Positions 16,191-24,423 of a stretch of 32,000 nucleotides of DNA are shown here, one piece after another. The position numbers and the translations under genes are program-made. The number at the start of each line of letters is the position of its first letter. Position 1 is the first letter of the stretch. Under the pieces are notes generated by a model. It saw only the letters and a program-made list of their open reading frames with translations, was not told the DNA's origin and did no database searches. The stretch is from Breznakia sp. PF5-3 (GTDB lineage Bacteria > Bacillota_I > Bacilli_A > Erysipelotrichales > Erysipelotrichaceae), in contig NZ_JAQFIQ010000015.1 in the NCBI RefSeq assembly GCF_029504745.1, positions 15,540 through 47,539 on the forward strand, in the 5' to 3' direction.

Positions 16191-16680
16191 AGATATCCAA
16201 TAAATTGTTAAGTTCTTTGACAACAATGTTTGCATCTATATTTGAATATAGATCATCATAATATTGAACATATTTAATTTCGTCATATTCATTGATGATA
16301 AAGATAGATTTTACTAGAGAACTAATTTCATAAATATAAGTTCCAGTATAGCGTGCAAAATTACGTAATTTAAAATCTGATAAAAACTTAAATGTTTTTA
16401 ATTTTTTTGAAGAGCCTAAACGTTTTTGCGTGTAAACGGGTTCGTTAGAAATTAAATAAAAATCAATGTCTTCAAAATCTTTAAAAATGGTATCAAGTTT
16501 TGCAATTTCATTCATGATTGCATGGTTCCCAAATGAAGGTACCGTGATGTATACTTTGTTTTTCTTAATCATATGTAAATCAATTTCTTCTTCATGGTTA
16601 TCAAAGATAACGATATTTGGTAATCTAGTACCAGCTGTGATAGGTTCTAGATTTCTAGTATATAAATGTTTTTTCTGCAT
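16189..16680 (-). CDS. Thiol peroxidase (Tpx)-fold protein with no cysteines; probable pseudo-peroxidase
   Basis: 163 aa. Aligns by eye along its length with E. coli Tpx, recalled from memory (KVYITVPSFGNHAI vs KVLNIFPSIDTGVC). RBS AAGGAGAT upstream. Confidence 0.75.
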   Translation of the reverse strand: MQKKHLYTRNLEPITAGTRLPNIVIFDNHEEEIDLHMIKKNKVYITVPSFGNHAIMNEIAKLDTIFKDFEDIDFYLISNEPVYTQKRLGSSKKLKTFKFLSDFKLRNFARYTGTYIYEISSLVKSIFIINEYDEIKYVQYYDDLYSNIDANIVVKELNNLLDI

Positions 16681-16760
16681 AAAAATCTCCTTGATACTAT
16701 TATATTATAAATAAAGAAAATATAGTAGTTTAAAAATGTGAAAAAATTCTCAATAAGCCT

Positions 16761-16788
16761 TTAACAAAAAAATGTAAAGTGATATAAT
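16761..16788 (+). promoter_or_regulatory. Promoter of pgk-tpiA
   Basis: TTAACA (16761-16766), 16 nt spacer including TG (16780-16781), TATAAT (16783-16788). RBS AGGAGG at 16808-16813. Confidence 0.55.
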
Positions 16789-16817
16789 TATATCGATTTG
16801 AAAAATAGGAGGCTATT

Positions 16818-17996
16818 ATGGCAAAGAGAACTGTAAAAGATTTAGATGTTGCTGGAAAGCGCGTCATTTGTCGAGTTGACTTCAATGTTCCTAGAAAAGA
16901 TGGAGTCATCACAAACGATAACCGTATCGTTCAAGCGTTACCAACAATTAACTATTTAATTGAAAATAATGCAAAAATTATTTTAATGTCACACTTAGGT
17001 AAAATTAAGACTGAGGAAGATAAAGCAAAGAACAACATGGATGTTGTAGCAAAAGCTTTAGCAGAAAAAGTGAACACAAAGGTTACTTTCTCTAATGCAA
17101 CAAGAGGGAAAGAATTAGAAGATGCTGTTGCAAACTTAAAAGATGGTGAAATTGTAGTTGTACAAAATACTCGCTATGAACCAGGAGAAACAAAAAATGA
17201 TCCTGAATTATCAAAATATTGGGCTAGTTTAGGTGACTTATTTGTTGAAGATGCTTTTGGGTCTGTGCATAGAGCGCATGCTTCAACAGTAGGAATTCCT
17301 TCTATTTTACCAAATGCATTAGGTTTCTTGGTAGAAAAAGAAGTTACAATGCTTGGTAAAGCAGTGGATAATCCAGAAAGACCATTTGTTGCAATTATTG
17401 GAGGAGCGAAGGTTTCTGATAAAATTGCAGTTGTTGATAATTTATTGAAGAAAGCTGATAAAGTTATTATTGGTGGAGGTATGGCATATACTTTCATGAA
17501 AGCTATGGGTGGCGAAATTGGTACTTCTCTACTTGAAGAAGACAAAGTAGCATTAGCGAAAGAATATTTGGAAAAAGCTGGTGATAAATTAGTATTGCCT
17601 GTAGATAATGTATGTGCAGATAAATTTGCTGCTGATGCAAACACACAAGTATGTGAAAGTGGAAAAATTCCAGCAGATTGGATGGGATTGGATATTGGTC
17701 CTAAAACAATTGAATTATTTACAAAAACACTACAAGGTGCTAAAACCGTTGTATGGAATGGTCCTATGGGTGTATTTGAAATGGAACCATTTGCTAAAGG
17801 AACATTGGCTGTATGTACAGCAATTTCTGAATTACCAGGAGCTACAACCGTAATTGGTGGTGGTGACAGTGCAGCTGCTGCAATTCAATTAGGGTTTGCA
17901 GATAAGTTCTCTCATATTTCAACTGGAGGGGGAGCTTCATTAGAATATATGGAAGGAAAAGAATTACCAGGTATTGCGGTAATTTCTGATAAATAA
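16818..17996 (+). CDS. pgk: Phosphoglycerate kinase
   Basis: 392 aa. Motifs [31 protein letters not shown]. Confidence 0.95.
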   Translation: MAKRTVKDLDVAGKRVICRVDFNVPRKDGVITNDNRIVQALPTINYLIENNAKIILMSHLGKIKTEEDKAKNNMDVVAKALAEKVNTKVTFSNATRGKELEDAVANLKDGEIVVVQNTRYEPGETKNDPELSKYWASLGDLFVEDAFGSVHRAHASTVGIPSILPNALGFLVEKEVTMLGKAVDNPERPFVAIIGGAKVSDKIAVVDNLLKKADKVIIGGGMAYTFMKAMGGEIGTSLLEEDKVALAKEYLEKAGDKLVLPVDNVCADKFAADANTQVCESGKIPADWMGLDIGPKTIELFTKTLQGAKTVVWNGPMGVFEMEPFAKGTLAVCTAISELPGATTVIGGGDSAAAAIQLGFADKFSHISTGGGASLEYMEGKELPGIAVISDK

Positions 17997-18007
17997 GGAG
18001 AAATATA

Positions 18008-18751
18008 ATGAGAAAACCTATTATTGTTGGAAACTGGAAAATGAATAAAACAATTGCTGAAGCAAAAGCTTTTATTGAAGCTTGTGATGGCAATGCACAT
18101 GATGGGGCTACATTTGGAGTAGCAACTTCATTTATTGCATTAAATGATGCAAATAAAGCAGCTAAGAATTTAATTGTGGCTGCCGAAAACTGTCATTTTG
18201 AAGACAATGGTGCCTTTACTGGTGAAGTGTCTGTACCAATGTTGGAAGAAATCAATGTAAAATACTGTATTATCGGACACTCTGAAAGAAGAGAAATGTT
18301 TGGGGATACAGATGAAACAGTGAATAAAAAAGCAAAACGTTTAATTGATGCTAATATTACACCAATTCTTTGTATTGGTGAAACAGAAGCACAATATGAT
18401 GCTGGCGAAACAGAAGCAGTGATTCGTAAACAATTAACTGGATCATTGGCTGATCTTTGTTCAAAATGTGTTTCAAATATGGTAATTGCATATGAACCAA
18501 TTTGGGCAATTGGAACGGGAAAAAGTGCTACGAAAGAAGATGCTCAAAAGTGTTGTGCAATCGTTCGTGACCAAGTAAAAGTTATGTATGGTGAAGATGC
18601 AGCGAATGCTGTAAGAATTCAATATGGTGGATCAGTAAAACCTGATAACATTGTTGAATACATGGCTTGTCCAGATATTGATGGTGCATTAATTGGTGGT
18701 GCTTCATTAAAAGAAGACTCATTTAATGATATTATGTCAAAAGTAAAATAA
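18008..18751 (+). CDS. tpiA: Triosephosphate isomerase
   Basis: 247 aa. Motifs GNWKMN, IIGHSERR, AYEPIWAIGTG, YGGSV. Confidence 0.95.
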   Translation: MRKPIIVGNWKMNKTIAEAKAFIEACDGNAHDGATFGVATSFIALNDANKAAKNLIVAAENCHFEDNGAFTGEVSVPMLEEINVKYCIIGHSERREMFGDTDETVNKKAKRLIDANITPILCIGETEAQYDAGETEAVIRKQLTGSLADLCSKCVSNMVIAYEPIWAIGTGKSATKEDAQKCCAIVRDQVKVMYGEDAANAVRIQYGGSVKPDNIVEYMACPDIDGALIGGASLKEDSFNDIMSKVK

Positions 18752-18760
18752 TAGTAATCT

Positions 18761-18796
18761 AAGGATCAAATTCGAAATGGATTTGATCTTTTTTAT
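18761..18796 (+). terminator. Rho-independent terminator after tpiA
   Basis: AAGGATCAAAT (18761-18771) / ATTTGATCTTT (18781-18791), followed by a T-run. Confidence 0.8.
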
Positions 18797-18877
18797 TTTG
18801 ATAAACAGTATTTCTATGTAAGCTCTTACATTAATTGTTTTTACATTTTTCATTAACCTGAAAAATATTCTTTGTTT

Positions 18878-18905
18878 TTTACATTTTATGTATTATAATT
18901 ATAGT
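18878..18905 (+). promoter_or_regulatory. Candidate promoter of the liv operon
   Basis: TTTACA (18878-18883), 16 nt spacer, TATAGT (18900-18905). An overlapping TATAAT at 18894-18899 is an alternative -10. RBS GGAGGAG at 18935-18941. Confidence 0.4.
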
Positions 18906-18947
18906 AATATTTAAAATATAAATTGTGATTATACGGAGGAGAGTAAA

Positions 18948-20111
18948 ATGAAAAAGATTTTTAGTGTTTTAGCTGTTTCATTTTTAGCACTATTCGCACT
19001 TGCTGGATGTGATGATGGCGGTTCGGATTCGGATACGATTCGTGTTGGTGTTAATTATGGAACAACAGGTCCATACGCAACGTATGGAACATCTAGTGTT
19101 GAAGGAACAAAATTAGCTGTTAAAGAAATTAATAAAAACGGTGGAATTAACGGTAAGAAAATTGAACTTGTTGAAATGGATAACAAATCAGATACAAATG
19201 AAGCAGTTAATATTGCAACAAAGCTTACAACAGAAGAAGATGTTGTTTTAACTTTAGGACCAGAAGTATCAGGGAATACAAAGGCAGCAATTTCGGTTGC
19301 AAATAAAAATAAAATTCCTTTGATTTCTCCATCTGCTACAGATGATAAAGTAACTGTGAATAAAGATGGTTCAGTTACTGAATATGGATATAAGATGTGT
19401 TTTAACGATTCTTATCAAGGAAAAGCATTGGCTCAATATGCAATTGCTCAAGGTAAAACAAAAGCGGTTATTTATGGAGATAGTTCAAGTGACTACTCAA
19501 AAGGTTTAACCAAAGCTTTTGAAGAAGAGTTCAAAAAACAAAATGGAACAATTGTAGCTAGTGAAAACTATGTTGAAGGTGATACAGATTTCAATGCTGC
19601 TCTTACTAATATCAAAGGTAAGGATTTTGATGTTTTATTTATTCCAGGATATTATAATGAAGCAGGTTTGATTATTAAACAAGCAAGAACGCAAGGAATT
19701 AATCAAATGATTTTAGGAGCAGATGGTTTTGATTCACCTACTCTAATTGAATTGGGTGGTACAGAAAACTTAAAGGATGTATTCTTTACAACGCATTTCT
19801 CAATTGCAGAGGAAAACAAAGACATTGATAACTTTATTGCTGCATACAAAGATGAATTTGGAAAAGAACCAGATGCGTTTGCTGCATTAGGATATGACCT
19901 AGGATATTACATGGCAGATTCTATTGAAAGAGCTGGAGATGATATAACACCTGAAACAGTAAATAAAGCATTATCAGATACAAAAGCAAAATTTTCTGGA
20001 ATTACGGGAAGTTTCTCAATGGGGAAAGATCATGTTCCTGTGAAAACAATCAAGATTGTTGAGTTACAAGCTGGCGAGCCTGTGAATGTAGTTAACTTTG
20101 ATGTGAAGTAA
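18948..20111 (+). CDS. livJ: Branched-chain amino acid ABC transporter substrate-binding lipoprotein
   Basis: 387 aa. Signal peptide plus lipobox LAGC. Type I periplasmic-binding fold pattern. Lies directly upstream of livHMGF. Confidence 0.85.
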   Translation: MKKIFSVLAVSFLALFALAGCDDGGSDSDTIRVGVNYGTTGPYATYGTSSVEGTKLAVKEINKNGGINGKKIELVEMDNKSDTNEAVNIATKLTTEEDVVLTLGPEVSGNTKAAISVANKNKIPLISPSATDDKVTVNKDGSVTEYGYKMCFNDSYQGKALAQYAIAQGKTKAVIYGDSSSDYSKGLTKAFEEEFKKQNGTIVASENYVEGDTDFNAALTNIKGKDFDVLFIPGYYNEAGLIIKQARTQGINQMILGADGFDSPTLIELGGTENLKDVFFTTHFSIAEENKDIDNFIAAYKDEFGKEPDAFAALGYDLGYYMADSIERAGDDITPETVNKALSDTKAKFSGITGSFSMGKDHVPVKTIKIVELQAGEPVNVVNFDVK

Positions 20112-20134
20112 AAGCATATCAAATAAATATATAA

Positions 20135-20170
20135 ATAGGTGAAATGTAAATTTCACCTATCTTTATTTTT
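20135..20170 (+). terminator. Intra-operon hairpin (partial terminator / attenuator) between livJ and livH
   Basis: Perfect 11-bp stem ATAGGTGAAAT (20135-20145) / ATTTCACCTAT (20150-20160), loop GTAA, tail CTTTATTTTT. Confidence 0.7.
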
Positions 20171-20188
20171 AGAAAGTGAGGAATATGT

Positions 20189-21076
20189 GTGAGTCAATTT
20201 ATTCAGCAATTGATTAATGGATTGTCCATTGGTAGTGTGTTTGCTTTAATTGCACTTGGATATACCATGGTATATGGAATCATTAAATTAATCAATTTTG
20301 CGCATGGGGACATTTATATGGTAGGAGCCTTTGTTGGCTATTTTTGTATTACAAGATTGGCGAGTGGGTTCTTTGGACTGATTTTAGCCTTGGTGATAGC
20401 AATGGCAGCTTGTGCCATACTAGGTGTCATTATTGAAAAGGTGGCGTATAAGCCATTGCGAAACGCTTCGAGGATAACAGCGCTTATTACAGCGATGGGA
20501 GTGTCCTATTTTCTACAATACACAATGGTGTATTTCGTAGGACCATCAAAACGGGTTATGCCAGCACCATTTGAAAATACGGTTTTTAAAATTGGTGGAA
20601 TTACCTTTAATTTATCTACAGTTATTATTATTGCTGTTACAATATTTTTAATGTTGTTATTGCAATATGTAGTAAAACGTACAAAGATGGGAAAAGCGAT
20701 GCGTGCCGTATCGGCAGATCCAGATGCAGCTCGTTTGATGGGAATTAATGTAAATCAAACAATTTCATTTACGTTTGCGATTGGAAGCGCCTTAGCGGGT
20801 GCTGCAGGAGTACTAATTGGTATTCATTATAATTCAATTGAACCTTTAATGGGAACAATACCAGGGTTAAAGGCGTTTATTGCTGCTGTTTTTGGTGGGA
20901 TTGGTATTATTCCTGGAGCAATGTTTGGAGGGATATCGATTGGTGTTATTCAAACGTTTGCGGCAGGGTATATTAGTTCTTTATGGCAGGATGCGGTTGT
21001 GTATGCACTTTTGATTTTTATTCTTGTTGTAAAACCAAGTGGTTTACTTGGCAAGAACGTGAAAGAGAAGGTGTAG
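20189..21076 (+). CDS. livH: Branched-chain amino acid ABC transporter permease
   Basis: 295 aa, multi-TM, LivH-type (INFAHGD motif). GTG start 6 nt after GTGAGGA. Confidence 0.9.
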   Translation: MSQFIQQLINGLSIGSVFALIALGYTMVYGIIKLINFAHGDIYMVGAFVGYFCITRLASGFFGLILALVIAMAACAILGVIIEKVAYKPLRNASRITALITAMGVSYFLQYTMVYFVGPSKRVMPAPFENTVFKIGGITFNLSTVIIIAVTIFLMLLLQYVVKRTKMGKAMRAVSADPDAARLMGINVNQTISFTFAIGSALAGAAGVLIGIHYNSIEPLMGTIPGLKAFIAAVFGGIGIIPGAMFGGISIGVIQTFAAGYISSLWQDAVVYALLIFILVVKPSGLLGKNVKEKV

Positions 21077-21079
21077 TAT

Positions 21080-22036
21080 ATGAAACATTTATTTACGAAG
21101 AAGAATTTGATGTGGCTATTGTTTGGAGCTCTTATTTGTATTGCGATGTATTTTGTATTTGGAGTCGTTACGCAGAAATGGCAAAAAACATTGATTACAG
21201 CTGCTTATTATATAATTGGGGCATTGGGACTTAATTTAATTATTGGTGTCAGTGGACAGTTTTCATTAGGACACGCAGGATTTATTGCTATTGGTGCATA
21301 TAGTGTAGGTGTTGTTTTTCAAGGGGATGCGACATTAGCGAATTTTGCATTAGGAATTGCAATTGGGGTAGTAATCACTTGTGCGGTAGCACTTATTATA
21401 GCAGTACCTACGTTTCGTTTGCGTGGGGATTATCTAGCTATTGCAACGCTTGGTTTTTCAGAAATTATTAGAATTGCAATTCAAAATATGAAAATTACAG
21501 GTGGTGCTAGTGGTCTTAGTTATTTGAGTTTTGAAAACATTAATGATCATGGAATGTTTTTAATGATGTTGATTACGATAGTGCTTAGTATTTTATTGAT
21601 TGTAAACTTTGTTAAGTCTTCACATGGCCGGGCAACTATTTCGGTTCGCGAAGATGAAATTGCATCTGAGGCAATGGGAGTAAATACAACAAAATATAAG
21701 ACAATTGCTTTCTTAATTGGAGCAAGTTTAGCAGCCATTGCAGGTGCTTATGTTGGACCGATGAACTTCTTTATCAAACCTGGAGATTTTGGATTTCAAA
21801 AATCAATTGATGTTTTGGTAATTGTTGTTCTTGGTGGTATGGGGTCTTTAAGTGGTACCGTAATTGCAGGTATTTTTATTGCTGTAATTAATACGCTATT
21901 ACAAAATTATTCAGATATTCGAATGATCCTATATGCTATTATTCTTGTGACAACGATGATTTTTAGACCAAAAGGGCTTTTTGGAAATAAAGAAATCACA
22001 GATATTTTTTCAAAGAAACGTAAGGAGGCTGAATAA
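21080..22036 (+). CDS. livM: Branched-chain amino acid ABC transporter permease
   Basis: 318 aa, multi-TM. GQFSLGHAGF motif typical of LivM. Confidence 0.9.
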   Translation: MKHLFTKKNLMWLLFGALICIAMYFVFGVVTQKWQKTLITAAYYIIGALGLNLIIGVSGQFSLGHAGFIAIGAYSVGVVFQGDATLANFALGIAIGVVITCAVALIIAVPTFRLRGDYLAIATLGFSEIIRIAIQNMKITGGASGLSYLSFENINDHGMFLMMLITIVLSILLIVNFVKSSHGRATISVREDEIASEAMGVNTTKYKTIAFLIGASLAAIAGAYVGPMNFFIKPGDFGFQKSIDVLVIVVLGGMGSLSGTVIAGIFIAVINTLLQNYSDIRMILYAIILVTTMIFRPKGLFGNKEITDIFSKKRKEAE

Positions 22037-22037
22037 C

Positions 22038-22814
22038 ATGGCAATTCTATCGGTAAAGAGTTTAACGAAGAATTTTGGTGGGTTATGTGCAAACTCCAAT
22101 ATAAATATGGAAATTGAAAAGGATGAACTAATAGGTTTGATTGGTCCTAATGGTGCTGGAAAAACAACTCTGTTTAATATGCTAACAGGCGTTTATGAGC
22201 CAAGCGAAGGACAGATTGTAATTAATTTTGATGGAAAAGAAAAGGACATAGCTGGAAAAAAACCTTATGTGATAACTAAAATGGGGATTGCTAGAACTTT
22301 TCAAAACATTCGTTTATTTAAGGATTTAACGGTTCTTGATAATGTGAAGATCGCTATGCATAAAGATGTGCAGTACAATCTTTTGCAAGCAATTTTTCGA
22401 ACACCAAAGTTCTTTAAAGAAGAAGAGCGTATGGAAAAAGAAGCTAATGAGCTTTTGAAAATATTAAAGTTGGATACAAAAATAGGGGAGTTAGCTTCTA
22501 ACTTGCCTTATGGAGAGCAACGACGCCTAGAAATAGCGAGGGCACTTGCAACAAATCCTAAATTATTATTTTTAGATGAACCAGCAGCTGGTATGAATCC
22601 ACAGGAAACGGCAGAGTTGACAGAACTTATTCGGTTTATCAAAGAAAAGTTTGAAATCAGTGTTGTATTAATTGAACATGATATGTCGCTTGTAATGAAT
22701 TTGTGTGAACGTATTTATGTACTTGATTATGGAAAGTTAATCGCTTCTGGAAATCCTGAAGAAATTGCGCAAAATCCACGCGTAATTGAAGCTTATCTAG
22801 GGGAGGAAATTTAA
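22038..22814 (+). CDS. livG: Branched-chain amino acid ABC transporter ATP-binding protein
   Basis: Start moved to ATG 22038, after AAGGAGG (22022-22028). Walker A GPNGAGKTT, signature LPYGEQRRLE, Walker B LLFLDEP. Confidence 0.9.
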   Translation: MAILSVKSLTKNFGGLCANSNINMEIEKDELIGLIGPNGAGKTTLFNMLTGVYEPSEGQIVINFDGKEKDIAGKKPYVITKMGIARTFQNIRLFKDLTVLDNVKIAMHKDVQYNLLQAIFRTPKFFKEEERMEKEANELLKILKLDTKIGELASNLPYGEQRRLEIARALATNPKLLFLDEPAAGMNPQETAELTELIRFIKEKFEISVVLIEHDMSLVMNLCERIYVLDYGKLIASGNPEEIAQNPRVIEAYLGEEI

Positions 22815-22815
22815 T

Positions 22816-23526
22816 ATGGCAATGTTGGAAATAAAAAAATTGGAATTGAACTATGGCGTTATAAAAGCTTTAAAAGGAATTGATATGGAAGTTAATCAAG
22901 GTGAAATTGTTACTTTGATTGGAGCGAATGGAGCTGGAAAATCTTCTACATTAAAAGCAATTTCAGGAATTGAAAAAATCAGTGGTGGTGAAATTTTGTT
23001 CAATGGGGAAGAACTTTCAAAAATGAATGCCCAGGATATTGTGAAGGTTGGTGTATCGCAGGTTCCTGAAGGAAGGCGTATCTTTGCTGGGATGAGTGTA
23101 TTAGAAAATTTAGAGATGGGCGCTTATCTTCGTAAGGATGCGGAAGAAATAAAAGAAAGCTTAGAACTTGTATATAAGCATTTTCCAATTCTAAAAGATC
23201 GAAGCAAGCAAAATGCTGCAACATTATCTGGTGGTGAACAACAGATGCTAGCTATGGGAAGGGCATTGATGTCCAAACCGAAGTTATTATTATTGGATGA
23301 GCCAAGTATGGGATTGGCACCAATTTTGGTGAAATCAATTTTCTCTATTATAAGCGACATCAAGGAACAAGGGACAACAGTATTGCTTGTTGAACAAAAT
23401 GCAAGGATGGCATTGTCGATTGCAGATCGGGCGTATGTTATGGAAACAGGTAAAATTGTACTTAGTGGGAATGGAAAAGAATTGATGGATAGTGAAGAAA
23501 TCCAGAAAGCATATCTAGGAGGATAA
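22816..23526 (+). CDS. livF: Branched-chain amino acid ABC transporter ATP-binding protein
   Basis: Walker A GANGAGKSS, signature LSGGEQQMLA, Walker B LLLLDEP. Confidence 0.9.
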   Translation: MAMLEIKKLELNYGVIKALKGIDMEVNQGEIVTLIGANGAGKSSTLKAISGIEKISGGEILFNGEELSKMNAQDIVKVGVSQVPEGRRIFAGMSVLENLEMGAYLRKDAEEIKESLELVYKHFPILKDRSKQNAATLSGGEQQMLAMGRALMSKPKLLLLDEPSMGLAPILVKSIFSIISDIKEQGTTVLLVEQNARMALSIADRAYVMETGKIVLSGNGKELMDSEEIQKAYLGG

Positions 23527-23529
23527 AAG

Positions 23530-24177
23530 ATGATTGTAAAGGAAAGAATGAGTAAAAACTTATTAACGATTACCAAAGAAGATAAAATTGATAAAGCCAT
23601 CGACATCATGACGAGTCATGGATTACATCGTCTACCTGTTGTAGAAGGAAAACAATTGGTTGGGTTGCTGACAGAGGGTATGATTTCTCAACGTGGGGCA
23701 AGTAAAGCAACAAGTTTAAGTATCTTTGAATTGAATTATTTACTTTCAAAAACAAGTGTGGAAACAATCATGGAAAAGCATGTTCATACAATTTATGAAA
23801 ATCAATTCATTGAAGATGCTGCAGTTAAAATGTTGGAATATAATATTGGTTGTCTTTTGGTTCTTGATGAAAAAGATGAGTTAGTAGGAATTATAACGCA
23901 AAACGATTTGTTTAAATCGTTTATTGAAATTCTTGGGTACCATGACAAAGGTACACGTTTAAGTGTTGAAGTTGTAGATGGACTTGGAGTTTTGGAAAAG
24001 ATTACCAAAATCATTGGAAAGTATAATTGTAATATTCTTCATATTGGTGTGTATGATGGTGAAGATGGAAAAACAAATATTATTTTTAGAATTGATAGTT
24101 TGGATACAGATGGAATTAAATCAGAATTAGAAGAAAATGGATATAAAGTATTGAATATTACAAAAAATGAAGTATAA
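23530..24177 (+). CDS. CBS-CBS-ACT domain protein (AcuB-like)
   Basis: 215 aa. Two CBS motifs (HRLPVVEGKQLVGLLTEGMI; GCLLVLDEKDELVGIITQNDLF) followed by an ACT-like beta-alpha-beta-beta-alpha-beta region (TRLSVEVVDGLGVLEKITKIIGKYNCNILHI...). Starts 3 nt after the livF stop, with AGGAGGA inside the livF 3' end. Confidence 0.8.
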   Translation: MIVKERMSKNLLTITKEDKIDKAIDIMTSHGLHRLPVVEGKQLVGLLTEGMISQRGASKATSLSIFELNYLLSKTSVETIMEKHVHTIYENQFIEDAAVKMLEYNIGCLLVLDEKDELVGIITQNDLFKSFIEILGYHDKGTRLSVEVVDGLGVLEKITKIIGKYNCNILHIGVYDGEDGKTNIIFRIDSLDTDGIKSELEENGYKVLNITKNEV

Positions 24178-24191
24178 TTATTACAGTAAGA

Positions 24192-24225
24192 ATGTTCAAT
24201 GGGGAATAACATTGGGCATTTTTTA
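24192..24225 (+). terminator. Rho-independent terminator ending the liv operon
   Basis: ATGTTCAATG (24192-24201) / CATTGGGCAT (24210-24219), 10 bp including two G-U, then T6. Confidence 0.7.
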
Positions 24226-24377
24226 TTATTTATATATGGTTTTCAGATAAACAAAAAAGATTTATGAAAGAAAGAAAAAAAGTTAAAAAATACTTAAAAT
24301 TTTTACATTTTTTAGTGAAACGCTTACATAAATTATGAAATGACATAACATTAGGGGTCATAAATTCTTGAAAATGG

Positions 24378-24385
24378 TGTATAAT
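24378..24385 (+). promoter_or_regulatory. Candidate -10 region of the opp promoter
   Basis: TG directly followed by TATAAT (24380-24385), 38 nt before ATG 24424. No convincing -35. Confidence 0.35.
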
Positions 24386-24423
24386 TAGTGTATTCTAAAG
24401 AAATAGAAAAGGTTTGGTGAATT

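Noticed and set aside
17174-17644. 156-aa ORF antisense to pgk. Similar long antisense ORFs occur at 23124-23609 (opposite livF), 25573-26052 (opposite oppC), 10926-11246 and 10843-11127 (opposite glgC), and 12549-12830 (opposite glgA).
   Set aside because: Each is fully embedded opposite a strongly supported conserved gene. The products are low-complexity and Ser/Ile/Phe-rich with no RBS. These are typical shadow ORFs of AT-rich coding sequence.
18797-18947. T-box leader upstream of the liv operon.
   Set aside because: The region is only about 150 nt and mostly promoter. It has no T-box sequence (AANNNGGGTGGNACCGCG-like) and no terminator/antiterminator pair.
20983-21234. 83-aa + strand ORF spanning the livH/livM junction, and the 75-aa ORF at 28020-28247 inside oppF.
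   Set aside because: Both are out-of-frame overlaps with well-supported transporter genes. Neither has an RBS or recognisable motifs.
24264-24338. 24-codon basic small ORF (MKERKKVKKYLKFLHFLVKRLHKL) in the opp upstream region, covering the TTTACAT motifs.
   Set aside because: No Shine-Dalgarno sequence, and it lies in an A/T homopolymer-rich spacer where such ORFs arise by chance. It also lies upstream of the likely opp promoter. Noted only in case Ribo-seq data exist.
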